Source: Tepidiforma sp. | GTDB lineage: Bacteria; Chloroflexota; Dehalococcoidia; Tepidiformales; Tepidiformaceae | Direction of reading: 5' to 3' | Assembly: GCA_026003935.1 (NCBI GenBank) | Contig: BPIE01000002.1 | Span: forward strand, 127,906-191,905 | Length of the DNA: 64,000 bases | Part shown: one piece after another, positions 1 through 8,945 of the stretch | Position numbering within the stretch: position 1 is the stretch's first letter | Layout: each line of letters starts with the position of its first letter | The notes under the pieces: model-generated | Database searches by the model: none | The model's input: only the letters and a program-made list of their open reading frames with translations | Told to the model about the DNA's origin: nothing | Made by a program: the position numbers and the translations under genes

Positions 1-748
1 CGAAGTCGGGGACGGGGACCGGAACCGTGGCGAAGTCCTCGGGGTCGTAACCTGCTACTGCCTGGAGCACGAGAGCCGCGTCTTCGACGCTGCGGGCGAG
101 GGGACCGGGGTGGTCGAATTGCCACGACATGGGGATGATGCCGGCTCTGCTGACCCGTCCGAACGTCGGCTTGAGGCCGACACAACCGCAGAGGGCTGCC
201 GGAATTCGAATGCTGCCGCCAGTGTCGGTGCCAAGAGCAGCAGGGCACATCCGGGCTGCGACGGCGGCCCCGGAGCCGCCGCTGGAGCCGCCCGGGATGC
301 GTTCGGGGTCCCACGGGTTTCGCGTGGGGCCGGTGTGAGGGTTGTTGGTCGTGGTGCCCCACGCAAACTCGTGGGTGTTCGTTTTCCCAAGCATGACCAT
401 GCCAGCCGCTCGCAGTCGGGCGACCACGGCAGCGTCGCGGTCGGGCACGCGGCCCCGGAGGACGGCAGAGCCGGCAGCAGTCTCGACGCCGGCGGTGTCG
501 AAGAGGTCCTTGTAGGCCACCGGGATGCCATGCAGCGGGCCGCGGTACTTGCCGGCGAGCAGCTCGGCCTCGGCGCGGGCCGCCTCTTCGAGGGCGCTTT
601 CGGCGGTGACGACGACGAAAGCGTTGAGGGCCGGGTTGAGTCTTTCGACCCGGGCCAGACAGGCCCGGGTCAATTCAACGGGCGAGAGGTCCCGGCGGGC
701 GATAGCGCGGGAGGCTTCGGCGATGGTGAGCTCAGCAGGGTCCGACAA
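1..748 (-). CDS. Amidase (GatA/amidase-signature family), runs off the window start
   Basis: Manual translation from TTG at 748: MSDPAELTIAEASRAI...LSPVELTRACLARVERLNPALNAFV. Contains the GGSSGGSG and GTDTGGSIRIP amidase-signature motifs. Confidence 0.85.
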   Translation of the reverse strand, partial: MSDPAELTIAEASRAIARRDLSPVELTRACLARVERLNPALNAFVVVTAESALEEAARAEAELLAGKYRGPLHGIPVAYKDLFDTAGVETAAGSAVLRGRVPDRDAAVVARLRAAGMVMLGKTNTHEFAWGTTTNNPHTGPTRNPWDPERIPGGSSGGSGAAVAARMCPAALGTDTGGSIRIPAALCGCVGLKPTFGRVSRAGIIPMSWQFDHPGPLARSVEDAALVLQAVAGYDPEDFATVPVPVPDF

Positions 749-784
749 GGGCAGGCCTCAGCAAACCGGAATGTTGATGCCGGG

Positions 785-2323
785 TTACGCCTCGAGGTAA
801 CCGTGGCGGGCAAGCCACTGGAGCGCCGCCGCCGCTGCGACCCGGGCGGTGGCGAAGGATACGCCGGCGGCGCGGATGGCGTCATCCTCGGCCGCCGGCG
901 CGAGCTGCTCGACGATGACGAGGGCGAGGTCGTCGAGGCTGCGGGTGCCATCGACGAAGGGGAGGAGTGCGAGCGGCAGCGGGGGCACTTCGTGAACGGC
1001 GTGTGTCAGGGACACGGGCATCGGGTCGCCACGGCTGGCCTGGTCACGCGCAACTGCGAAGGCCCGGGGATGGGGCCCCGGCTGCGCGGCAAGGTCGGCG
1101 GGCTCGGCTTCGAGCTGCAAACCGCCCTGCAGGTAGAGGCGGAGCAGACGGGGCGCCACCGCAGTCCAAAATCTACCCGGGCCGGCCAAGCGTTCGAGCT
1201 CGTCGACGGGGACGGCAGCCGGGCGCCGCTCACTGAGGTACCGGAGCGCCGCAAGGAGTTCCGGGTCGCGGACGACGAGGATGCCGCCGGGGTGCACGAG
1301 CTTCGGCAGTGCGGGGTCGAAACGGTCTTCACCGGGGGCGATGAACTCACCGAGAAGGCGAACCGCGAGCCCGCGGAGGCGGTCGGGTGCGGGGGGACGG
1401 CGCACCACGGCGGCGGGCGCGGCGAGGAGCGACTCACGGAAGGTGCGGCCGTGGACGAAGTCGAGCAGCTGCTCCCGTTCGACCTGGCCGGGAGCGAGGG
1501 ATTCAAACTCGGCTGCGACGTCTTCGGCGAGGTCGGGCAAGGCCATGCGGAGGGGCCACGCGTCGCCGACGTACTGGAGGCCGTACCGGCCTGCGTGGGC
1601 GACGAAGTCGGCAAAGTAGACGGGGGAGTTGGTGGGTTCGAGGTGTTCGTGGGCGACGTAGTCGTCGGGGCGGTCAGCGATGAATTCAAGCTCGCGGGCG
1701 AGCACGCGGGCATAGAGCGGGCCACCGGGCAGACGGGACTCGAGCGCGAGGGCTGTCCGGGCCACGATGGCGGCCATGGCCCGCGCGTGGCCGACGAGCT
1801 GGTCCGGCTCGACCTGCAGTTGGCGTGTTGCGAAGAGCATGAGGTCGCGGAGTGGGAGGCGGAGATGCCAGCCCGGGTAACAGTTGTAGCTGACGAAGGC
1901 GATACCGTTCGGGCGGAGCACCGCGGCGCAAAGTTCGAGGAGACGGTCGCGAACCGGGGCATCGACCCAGGAGTACACGCCGTGGGCGATGACGTAATCG
2001 AACGTCCCGAGGTCGGCGCCGGGTTCGATGATGTCGCGGACCTCAAAGCGCACATTGGTAAGGCCGAGGCGGCGGGCCGTTTCGCGGGCGGCGGCGACCT
2101 GACGCGGGGCGTTGTCGATGCCCAGGCACTCTGCCCCAGGGAGCCCGGCGGCGATCGCGTTGAGGTTTTCGCCGACTGCTGAGCCGATCTCGAGGACGCG
2201 GGCGCCGGCCACGGGCGGGGTATCGATGCCGAAGAGGCGCCCGAGGGCGGCAAGGCGGCGGGGGTGGGAGGCTTCGACCGCGGTGCCTTCGTACGGGATG
2301 GCATCGTAGCTGATGACCGACAC
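785..2323 (-). CDS. Class I SAM-dependent methyltransferase with methyltransferase regulatory domain (PKMT-like architecture)
   Basis: SYDAIPY N-terminus, VLEIGSAVGENL motif I, FDYVIAHGVYSWV, VSYNCYPGW, YVAHEHLE. Start GTG 2323 lies downstream of a TACACT -10 box. Confidence 0.8.
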   Translation of the reverse strand: MSVISYDAIPYEGTAVEASHPRRLAALGRLFGIDTPPVAGARVLEIGSAVGENLNAIAAGLPGAECLGIDNAPRQVAAARETARRLGLTNVRFEVRDIIEPGADLGTFDYVIAHGVYSWVDAPVRDRLLELCAAVLRPNGIAFVSYNCYPGWHLRLPLRDLMLFATRQLQVEPDQLVGHARAMAAIVARTALALESRLPGGPLYARVLARELEFIADRPDDYVAHEHLEPTNSPVYFADFVAHAGRYGLQYVGDAWPLRMALPDLAEDVAAEFESLAPGQVEREQLLDFVHGRTFRESLLAAPAAVVRRPPAPDRLRGLAVRLLGEFIAPGEDRFDPALPKLVHPGGILVVRDPELLAALRYLSERRPAAVPVDELERLAGPGRFWTAVAPRLLRLYLQGGLQLEAEPADLAAQPGPHPRAFAVARDQASRGDPMPVSLTHAVHEVPPLPLALLPFVDGTRSLDDLALVIVEQLAPAAEDDAIRAAGVSFATARVAAAAALQWLARHGYLEA

Positions 2324-2387
2324 GTCGAGACCAGTGTAGGGGCGTGCTGCAGTGGGGCGAAGGCGAAAATGTGGGGAAAGCCCGGTA

Positions 2388-2416
2388 TTGACGTTATGAA
2401 CGGGAGCCGTGAGAGT
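2388..2416 (+). promoter_or_regulatory. Sigma70-type promoter for the Ala-rich leader and the aminotransferase
   Basis: TTGACG (2388-2393), 17 bp spacer, GAGAGT (2411-2416). The predicted +1 falls at or just before the leader ATG at 2425. Confidence 0.55.
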
Positions 2417-2424
2417 TAGCACGC

Positions 2425-2496
2425 ATGGTTCACACCTCCACTCTCGCCGCGCTCCTCGCTGCTGCTGCCGCTGCGGCTGCGCGTGCGCGCCGGTAA
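2425..2496 (+). CDS. Putative alanine-rich leader peptide MVHTSTLAALLAAAAAAAARARR
   Basis: ATG 2425 to TAA 2494-2496. 11 of 23 codons are Ala, including 8 in a row (GCT GCT GCT GCC GCT GCG GCT GCG). Directly upstream of an AlaT-like gene. Confidence 0.75.
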   Translation: MVHTSTLAALLAAAAAAAARARR

Positions 2497-2560
2497 GGGT
2501 GGCGGTCGGAACCGTACGTCGAGAACTCCAACAGGAAGGCCGCCCCCGGGGCGGCCTTTC
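2464..2560 (+). promoter_or_regulatory. Putative attenuator with alternative 1:2, 2:3 and 3:4 hairpins
   Basis: 3:4 stem AAGGCCGCCC (2536-2545) / GGGCGGCCTT (2549-2558) ending in a short TTT. Segment 2 GGGTGGCGGTC (2497-2507) can pair with segment 3 (2538-2547) or with the Ala codons GCTGCCGCT (2464-2472). Confidence 0.65.
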
Positions 2561-2603
2561 CCGGTAGGAAATGGCTGGCGGGGGGCAAGGAGGAGCAGCA
2601 CCG

Positions 2604-3800
2604 ATGACCGCTGAGACGTCCACCCCGTCCTCGCCAGTGCGCCACGTGTCGAAACGCGTGCAGGCTGTTCCGCCGAGCGGTATTCGGCGGTTTTTCGACC
2701 TGCTGAGCACTATCGAAGACGTCATCTCACTGGGCGTTGGGGAACCGGACTACGTGACCCCGGAGCCGTTCCGGCGGGCCGCGGTTGCCAGCATTGAACG
2801 TGGCGATACGCATTACACCTCGAACTACGGGCTGTTCGAGCTTCGGGAGCGGCTGGCGGAGCACCTGGAGCGCCTCTACGGCGTGCGGTATGACCCGCGA
2901 ACAGAGATCGTCATTACGTCGGGTTCGAGCGAAGGTCTCGACGTCGCGATGCGGGCGCTGGTTGACCCCGGAGACGGCGTGCTGTGTGCGGACCCGAGTT
3001 ATGTGGCGTACATGCCGGTCACGGTCATGGCTGGGGGCGAGTTTCTCCCGGTCCCGACGAGGGCCGAGGACGACTTTCGCCTGATGCCGGGGGACCTCGA
3101 GTCAGCGATGCGGCCTTCTGCCCGGGTGCTGTTGTTGGGGTACCCGGCCAATCCGACGGGCGCGACGATGCAGCGCGCCGACCTCGAACGGGTGGCAGAA
3201 GTCGTCGAACGTTACGACCTCGCCGTGATCAGCGACGAACTCTATGACCGGATGACGTACGAAGGCGAGCACACCTGCTTCGCCTCGCTGCCCGGGATGC
3301 GGGAACGAACGGTCCTGCTCGGAGGGTTCAGCAAGGCCTACGCGATGACCGGGTGGCGGCTCGGCTGGGTCGCTGCCCCGGCGGCGATTGCCGAGGCGAT
3401 CATGAAGGTGCACCAGTACGTCATGATGTCGGCGCCGACGGCTTCTCAGTACGCTGCGGTCGCAGCACTCGACGAAGGCGAGGCGTTCGTGGCGGAGATG
3501 GTTGCCGAGTACAACCGGCGGCGCCGCCTCATCGTCGATGGCTTTCGCGCGGTGGGGCTGCCCACATTCGAGCCGCGGGGTGCGTTCTATGCCTTCCCGG
3601 ACATCCGGGTGACGGGGATGAGCAGCCTCGAGTTCAGCGAACGGCTGCTGGCCGAGGAACGGGTTGCGGTGGTCCCCGGTGACGCGTTCGGTGCCTGCGG
3701 GGAGGGGCATGTGCGCGCCTGCTACGCGAGCAGCTTCGAACAGATCGAGCGCGCGCTGGAGCGGATCGGGCGGTTCGTCCAGCGGCACCGGGGCGTCTGA
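2604..3800 (+). CDS. PLP-dependent aminotransferase class I/II, resembling B. subtilis YugH/AlaT alanine aminotransferase
   Basis: PSGIRRFFDL..VISLGVGEPD, NPTG, DELY, GFSKAYAMTGWRLG (PLP lysine), KVHQYVMMSAP, GEGHVRACYA. SD AGGAGG at 2588-2593. Confidence 0.9.
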   Translation: MTAETSTPSSPVRHVSKRVQAVPPSGIRRFFDLLSTIEDVISLGVGEPDYVTPEPFRRAAVASIERGDTHYTSNYGLFELRERLAEHLERLYGVRYDPRTEIVITSGSSEGLDVAMRALVDPGDGVLCADPSYVAYMPVTVMAGGEFLPVPTRAEDDFRLMPGDLESAMRPSARVLLLGYPANPTGATMQRADLERVAEVVERYDLAVISDELYDRMTYEGEHTCFASLPGMRERTVLLGGFSKAYAMTGWRLGWVAAPAAIAEAIMKVHQYVMMSAPTASQYAAVAALDEGEAFVAEMVAEYNRRRRLIVDGFRAVGLPTFEPRGAFYAFPDIRVTGMSSLEFSERLLAEERVAVVPGDAFGACGEGHVRACYASSFEQIERALERIGRFVQRHRGV

Positions 3801-3911
3801 GCACCGCCAAACCGGGGCCTGATACTGAACCCCACCGTAACTACCCGGCGTGAATAGTCTCTTCTGATGGTACGATTCGGCGCCATCGATAGACCGTCGA
3901 GGAGGAAGCCC

Positions 3912-4310
3912 GTGGTCCGAAATGCACCCGGAATCCGGAAGGCGCTGGCGGCAGTGCTCGGCGCGGCGGCATTGACTGCCGCAGCGTGCGGCGGCGGCGG
4001 AAACGACAACTCTGATGTGAAGCTCGAGAACGTGAACCCGAACGTCAACAGCACGGCGACGAGCCAGGAGCGCCAGACCGTGGAGATCAAGGTCACGGAC
4101 CAAGGCTGCGAACCCGCGGAGGTCACCATCAAGGCCCGCACGCGCGTAGTGTGGAAGTGGGAGAACACGTCCGAGCCGGTCTCCATCATGCTGGCGGGGC
4201 AATCGTCGCCACAGCAGACGAGCGGCGAATACGCGCGAGACTTCGACCAGGCCGGGCTAAGCTACCCGTACCAGTGCGGCTCGACGACGGGCCGCATCGT
4301 GGTCGAGTAG
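3912..4310 (+). CDS. Lipoprotein with cupredoxin-like (EfeO Cup-type) domain
   Basis: SD GAGGAGG then GTG 3912. Lipobox TAAAC. VTDQGCEPAEVT...YPYQCG...GRIVVE pattern. Confidence 0.6.
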   Translation: MVRNAPGIRKALAAVLGAAALTAAACGGGGNDNSDVKLENVNPNVNSTATSQERQTVEIKVTDQGCEPAEVTIKARTRVVWKWENTSEPVSIMLAGQSSPQQTSGEYARDFDQAGLSYPYQCGSTTGRIVVE

Positions 4311-4333
4311 GCGTCCGCGTCTCTCCTCCGGCT

Positions 4334-5875
4334 TCACAGCCCGTAGCGGGCCGGCTGCGTGCGAATCCATTCTCCGACCATCTCGCCGATCATGATGGTG
4401 GAGAGGTTGGTATTGGCGCGGGGCACCGTCGGCATGATGCTGGCATCTGCGACGGCAAGGCTTTCGACGCCGTAGACGAGTCCGTACTGGTCGACGACGG
4501 CGCCAGGGTCAGTCGGCGGGCCCATAGGCGCTGTCGCGCAGGGGTGGTACCCGCTAGCTGCGAGGCGCAGGAGGAGACGGTCGAGGGCTTCGTCGGTGAG
4601 CTCGCGTCCGGGGTCGGGGAAGAGGAGGCTGTCGACGAGCGCGCCGAGCGGCCCGGTGGTAACGAAGCGGATGGCGTCGCGGAAGCAGGCGCGAAGGCGG
4701 CGGCGGTCTTCCGGGTCCTCGCAAAAGTGGTTCTCAATGATGGGCGGGGCATGGGGGTCGGCGGAGGGCAGGCGCAGCGTGCCAGTGCCGTTGACCTGTT
4801 CCAGGACGGCTGCCACAGCGATTGCCTGGAGCGGTTGGTTGGCGCGCGGGGAGAAGGAAAACGCCTCGACCTGGAGATCATTGCGGTGGGGACTGTCGGG
4901 AGCGGTATAGCGAAGGATGGTCTGGACGATGGGCTGGTCGGGGTCGAGGAGGCGGGGGTCGCGGACGGTCGCGACGACGGCGAGGGCGGGGTGGTCGCTG
5001 AGGCGGGTCCCGACCCCGGGTGCGATGTGCACGGGCTCCACGCCGAGGCGGGAGAGCTCATCCGCGGGCCCAATGCCCGACCGCAGGAGTATCGCCGGCG
5101 AATGGATTGCCCCGGCGGAGAGGACCACGAGCCGGGCGCGGAGCCGTTCGACTTGACCGTCGCGCTCGACTTCGATGCCGACTGCCCGGCGGCCTTCGAA
5201 GAGGATGCGCCGGGTAAGCGTATTGGGCTGGATGCGGAGGTTGGGGCGGGCGCGCGCGGGGGCGAGATAGCCGATGGCAGTCGAGATGCGGAGGCGGCCG
5301 ACCTTGTTCATTGGGTGAGGGCCGGCACCCCAGCCGAAAGGGTCGTTGGCGTCGTCGCAGCGGGGGAAACCGAGCTCGTCGGCGGTTTCGAGCCAGGCCT
5401 GCTGAACCGGGGTCAATTCTTCGCGCGTGTAGCGGCGGATCGTGATTGGCCCCGCGTCGCCATGGTAGGGGCGGTCGCCGAAATCGAGGTCGCGCTCGAG
5501 TCGCCGGAATGCCGGGAGGACGCGCTCCCAGGCCCACTCGGGGTTGCCGGCAGCTGCCCAGCCGTCGTAGTCCTCGGGCACGCCGCGCAGCGCAATGGTC
5601 GTATTGACCGCGCTGGAGCCTCCCGTGACGCGTCCACGGGGGAGGGGAGCGGGCCGGCCTGCCGCGGTTGGCCGATACCTGAGGCCCCAGTCGTGGGCGG
5701 AGTAGGAGTTGTTGTGGCTGTTGACGAGGTCGAAGGGGAGCGTTTCGAGGTTGGGATAATCGGGCCCGGCTTCCACGAGCAGTACGGAACGGCGCGGGTC
5801 CTCGCTGGCCCGGGCGGCGATGACGGCGCCGGCCGAGCCAGCGCCGACGACGATGAGGTCGAACAGTTCGTTCAT
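4334..5875 (-). CDS. GMC oxidoreductase (choline dehydrogenase / MftG-like)
   Basis: VVGAGSAG FAD motif, RGRVTGGSSAVN, GAIHSPAILLRSGIG, YHPCAT, VADASIMP..PRANTN. Confidence 0.9.
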   Translation of the reverse strand: MNELFDLIVVGAGSAGAVIAARASEDPRRSVLLVEAGPDYPNLETLPFDLVNSHNNSYSAHDWGLRYRPTAAGRPAPLPRGRVTGGSSAVNTTIALRGVPEDYDGWAAAGNPEWAWERVLPAFRRLERDLDFGDRPYHGDAGPITIRRYTREELTPVQQAWLETADELGFPRCDDANDPFGWGAGPHPMNKVGRLRISTAIGYLAPARARPNLRIQPNTLTRRILFEGRRAVGIEVERDGQVERLRARLVVLSAGAIHSPAILLRSGIGPADELSRLGVEPVHIAPGVGTRLSDHPALAVVATVRDPRLLDPDQPIVQTILRYTAPDSPHRNDLQVEAFSFSPRANQPLQAIAVAAVLEQVNGTGTLRLPSADPHAPPIIENHFCEDPEDRRRLRACFRDAIRFVTTGPLGALVDSLLFPDPGRELTDEALDRLLLRLAASGYHPCATAPMGPPTDPGAVVDQYGLVYGVESLAVADASIMPTVPRANTNLSTIMIGEMVGEWIRTQPARYGL

Positions 5876-5979
5876 GACAGGAGGTCCTCCGCGGGGCGGA
5901 GGGTAGCGGCTATGGCGGTGGGACGCACGGGCAGGTTCCCGTACAATCCCGGGACACCACCCATTTCCGCGAGGCTTCC

Positions 5980-6678
5980 ATGTCGTTCGAATCCGTAGTC
6001 GCGCAGGCGCGCGCCGAGGGACGCACGCTGTTGACCGAGGTCGAGGCCAAGTCGCTGTTGCAGGAGGCGGGCGTGCCGGTGGCGGCGACGCTCCTCGCAA
6101 AGACCCGCGACGAGGCACAGGCGCTCGCCGAGCAGGTCGGATTTCCCGTGGTCATGAAGATCGTTTCGCCCGACATTGCGCACAAATCGGATGTCGGGGG
6201 GGTGAAGCTGAACCTCCGCGACCGGGAATCGGTGGCGCAGGCATTCGATGACATCGTGGCGAATGCGACGAGGGCGGTCCCGGGCGCGCGCATCACCGGC
6301 GTGGCGGTTCAGCACATGGCTCCGCAGGGAACCGAGGTCATCGTGGGGATGACCACGGACCCGCAGTTCGGGCCGGTCCTGATGTTCGGCCTGGGCGGCA
6401 TCATGGTGGAGGTGCTCAAGGATGTGTCGTTCCGGCTCGTGCCGCTGGAGGAGAAGGACGCCCAGCAGATGATCGACGAAATCAAGGGGCGGCCGGTGCT
6501 GGCTGGTGTTCGCGGGCAGCCGCCAGCTGACATTGAGGCGCTAAAGCGAACCATCCTCAAGGTGTCGGAGTTCGTTCAGCAGCATCCGGAGGTGAAGGAG
6601 CTGGACCTCAACCCGGTGTTCGCGTACCCGGATGGAGCGCTCGCGGTCGACGCGCGCATCGTCATCAGCGAGAACTGA
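5980..6678 (+). CDS. Acyl-CoA synthetase (ADP-forming) beta subunit, ATP-grasp
   Basis: LTEVEAKSLL, FPVVMKIVSPDIAHKSDVGGV, DPQFGPVLMFGLGG, ELDLNPV..AVDARI. Confidence 0.9.
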   Translation: MSFESVVAQARAEGRTLLTEVEAKSLLQEAGVPVAATLLAKTRDEAQALAEQVGFPVVMKIVSPDIAHKSDVGGVKLNLRDRESVAQAFDDIVANATRAVPGARITGVAVQHMAPQGTEVIVGMTTDPQFGPVLMFGLGGIMVEVLKDVSFRLVPLEEKDAQQMIDEIKGRPVLAGVRGQPPADIEALKRTILKVSEFVQQHPEVKELDLNPVFAYPDGALAVDARIVISEN

Positions 6679-6710
6679 GCAAGCGGCGTAACGCCCGGGA
6701 GGAGAATCAG

Positions 6711-8135
6711 ATGGCGGTACCGGGGCATCGGCTGGACCGTATGTTCAACCCGAAGGTGGTCGCCGTCATCGGCGACAAGGGGCCCGGCTACATGTGGCTC
6801 CACAATAATCTGCCCCTCAAGGAGCGGGGCGGGCGCCTGTATTCGGTTCAGCTCGATGAGAAGGAGATTCCCGGCATCGAGGCGCTCGGGGTGCAGAACT
6901 TCCGCTCGGTGCTCGATGTCCCAGAGCCGATTGACTATGCGCTGGTGGCGGTGCCGCGGCAGGTTTCCCCGTACGTGCTCAAGGATTTGATCGCGGCCGG
7001 GGCTGGGGGTGCTGGCTTCTTTACGTCGGGGTTTGCGGAGACCGGAGAGGAGCTGGGCATCCGGCTGCAGGAGCAGCTCGCGGCGATGGCTCGCGAGGCG
7101 GGCTTCAATCTCGTGGGGCCCAACTGCATGGGGCTCTACCTGCCTAAGGCGGGGGTGCGGTTCAACGCCGACGCGCCGGTGACCGACGACGGCGAGGTCG
7201 GCTTCCTCAGCCAGTCGGGCACACACGGCATTATGTTCAGTCTCGTGGCGGCGGCGAACGGGATGTACATCAGCAGGTGTGCGTCGTTCGGCAACGCCAT
7301 CGTGCTCGACGTCTCCGACTATCTCGAGTACTTGATGCTCGACGACGAGACGAAGGTCATCGGGATGTACGTGGAGGGCGTGAAAGATGGGCGGCGGTTC
7401 TTCGCGACACTAAAGGAGGCGTGCAGGAGGAAGCCGGTCGTGGTGTGGAAAGGCGGCCAGACCGAGGCCGGAGCGCGGGCGACGATGTCCCACACGGGTT
7501 CACTCGCGGCGCCGCAGGCGGTATGGGACGGGATGATGCGCCAGTGCGGCGCCATCACGACCAACAGCCTCGACGAAACGATTGACGCGATGAAGATGCT
7601 CGTGCGGGCAAGGTCGCCGCGCGGGGACGGCATGGCGCTGTTGGCACAGACGGGCGGCCAGTCGGTTTCCATGACGGATGCGTTCGCGAAGGCGGGGCTC
7701 CGCGTGCCGCGGTTTAGCGACTCCACCTACGCGCAGCTCGGAGAGTTCTTCAACATCGTCGGCGGGAGCTTTCAGAACCCGCTCGACATGGCAGGGACGA
7801 TCCAGGGAAACATGGAGACCCTCGACCGCATCCTGCGCATCGTGGATGCGGACCCCAACGTCGACGGCATGGCGATGGAGCTCTCGGCTATGTTCGCTGC
7901 GCGGCAGTGGAAGTCGAAGCCGGAGACCCTGGACGCGACCATTGCGACGCTGGCCGCCCATATCGCGCGGTCGGAGAAGCCGTTCGTGGCGGTGCTGCAC
8001 CCGGCACACGAAGCGGAATACGTGGCGAGCATCCAGCCGAAGTTCAACGCCGCGAGGATACCGGTGTTCCAGAGCTTCGAACGCGCGGCGGGCGCGTACC
8101 GCCGGGCACTGGACTTTTCGCGAGCGAAGGCCTAG
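6711..8135 (+). CDS. Acyl-CoA synthetase (ADP-forming) alpha subunit, CoA-binding
   Basis: FNPKVVAVIG, SGFAETG, VGPNCMG, SQSG, SHTGSLA (phospho-His), NPLDM. Confidence 0.88.
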   Translation: MAVPGHRLDRMFNPKVVAVIGDKGPGYMWLHNNLPLKERGGRLYSVQLDEKEIPGIEALGVQNFRSVLDVPEPIDYALVAVPRQVSPYVLKDLIAAGAGGAGFFTSGFAETGEELGIRLQEQLAAMAREAGFNLVGPNCMGLYLPKAGVRFNADAPVTDDGEVGFLSQSGTHGIMFSLVAAANGMYISRCASFGNAIVLDVSDYLEYLMLDDETKVIGMYVEGVKDGRRFFATLKEACRRKPVVVWKGGQTEAGARATMSHTGSLAAPQAVWDGMMRQCGAITTNSLDETIDAMKMLVRARSPRGDGMALLAQTGGQSVSMTDAFAKAGLRVPRFSDSTYAQLGEFFNIVGGSFQNPLDMAGTIQGNMETLDRILRIVDADPNVDGMAMELSAMFAARQWKSKPETLDATIATLAAHIARSEKPFVAVLHPAHEAEYVASIQPKFNAARIPVFQSFERAAGAYRRALDFSRAKA

Positions 8136-8894
8136 TCAGCCCTCGGCAGCGCCGCCGAGGTTGGAGAGCGTGCGCTCGGCTTCGTCGATGCTTTCGAGGC
8201 GAACGATGCCGCGCTTGAGCGCGTAGCGGATGAGGTCGGTGCGGGAGCGGGCCTTCAGCTTGTCCATGATGTGGGACTTGTGGGCTTCGACCGTCTTGAC
8301 GCTGACGACGAGCTCGTCGGCGATCTGCTGGTTCGTGCGACCCTCGGCGATGAGCTGGAGTACCTCACGCTCGCGCGGTGTGAGCGTATCGAGGGAGGTC
8401 CGGTGGTCGGGGCGCCGTGCCTGGAGCTGGAGCTCGGCAATGTCGAAGCCCTCGGAGAGGGCTGCGGAGTAGTACTGGTTGCCGCGGTGGACGGTCTGGA
8501 TGGCGAGGATGAGCTCGGAGACGTCGGAGTTCTTGACCAGGTAGCCGGAGGCGCCGGCACGGATGGCCCCGGTGATTTGCTCCTCATCAACGAACCCGGA
8601 GAGGATGACGACTTTGGTCGAGGCGGAGGCGCGCTTCACTTGGCGCGTCGCTTCGATGCCGTTCAGGCCCGGCATGACGACGTCCATGAGGACGACGTCT
8701 GGACGGAGGCGTTCGACCGCGAGCAGGGCTTCGCGACCGTTTTCGCAGTCGCCGACAACTTCGATCTCCGGGCGCGTTTCGAGCAGCATGCGGAGACCCT
8801 GGCGGATGACGGCGTGGTCGTCGACCACGAGCACGCGGATGGGCCGCGAACCGCCTGCGGGGCTCCCCCTCCCAAGCGAGCGGTCATTGCTCAT
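8136..8894 (-). CDS. NarL/LuxR-family response regulator (no kinase nearby)
   Basis: VLVVDDH, VLMDVVMPGLNG receiver domain; LTPREREVLQLIAEGRTNQQIA HTH. Confidence 0.93.
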   Translation of the reverse strand: MSNDRSLGRGSPAGGSRPIRVLVVDDHAVIRQGLRMLLETRPEIEVVGDCENGREALLAVERLRPDVVLMDVVMPGLNGIEATRQVKRASASTKVVILSGFVDEEQITGAIRAGASGYLVKNSDVSELILAIQTVHRGNQYYSAALSEGFDIAELQLQARRPDHRTSLDTLTPREREVLQLIAEGRTNQQIADELVVSVKTVEAHKSHIMDKLKARSRTDLIRYALKRGIVRLESIDEAERTLSNLGGAAEG

Positions 8895-8945
8895 GCAACA
8901 GACTCCCGCGGGGCGGAACCCACGCCCCGCCTGCAGAGCGCCAGT

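Noticed and set aside
110-2182. 690-aa + strand ORF (similarly 4151-5998, 14477-15769, 30075-31529, 32314-34122, 38746-40584, 42413-44509)
   Set aside because: Antisense shadows of well-supported minus-strand genes, expected at high GC; no recognisable motifs.
2494-2512. T-box-like TAAGGGTGGC upstream of the aminotransferase
   Set aside because: Lacks the ACC after UGGN and there is no recognisable Stem I/specifier loop. It is better explained as segment 2 of a leader-peptide attenuator.
2571-2603. ORF-track N-terminal extensions (also sucD 14196, arsM 19265, nusG 29172, rplK 34201, lipB 22398)
   Set aside because: Homology and SD or -10 placement support the downstream starts.
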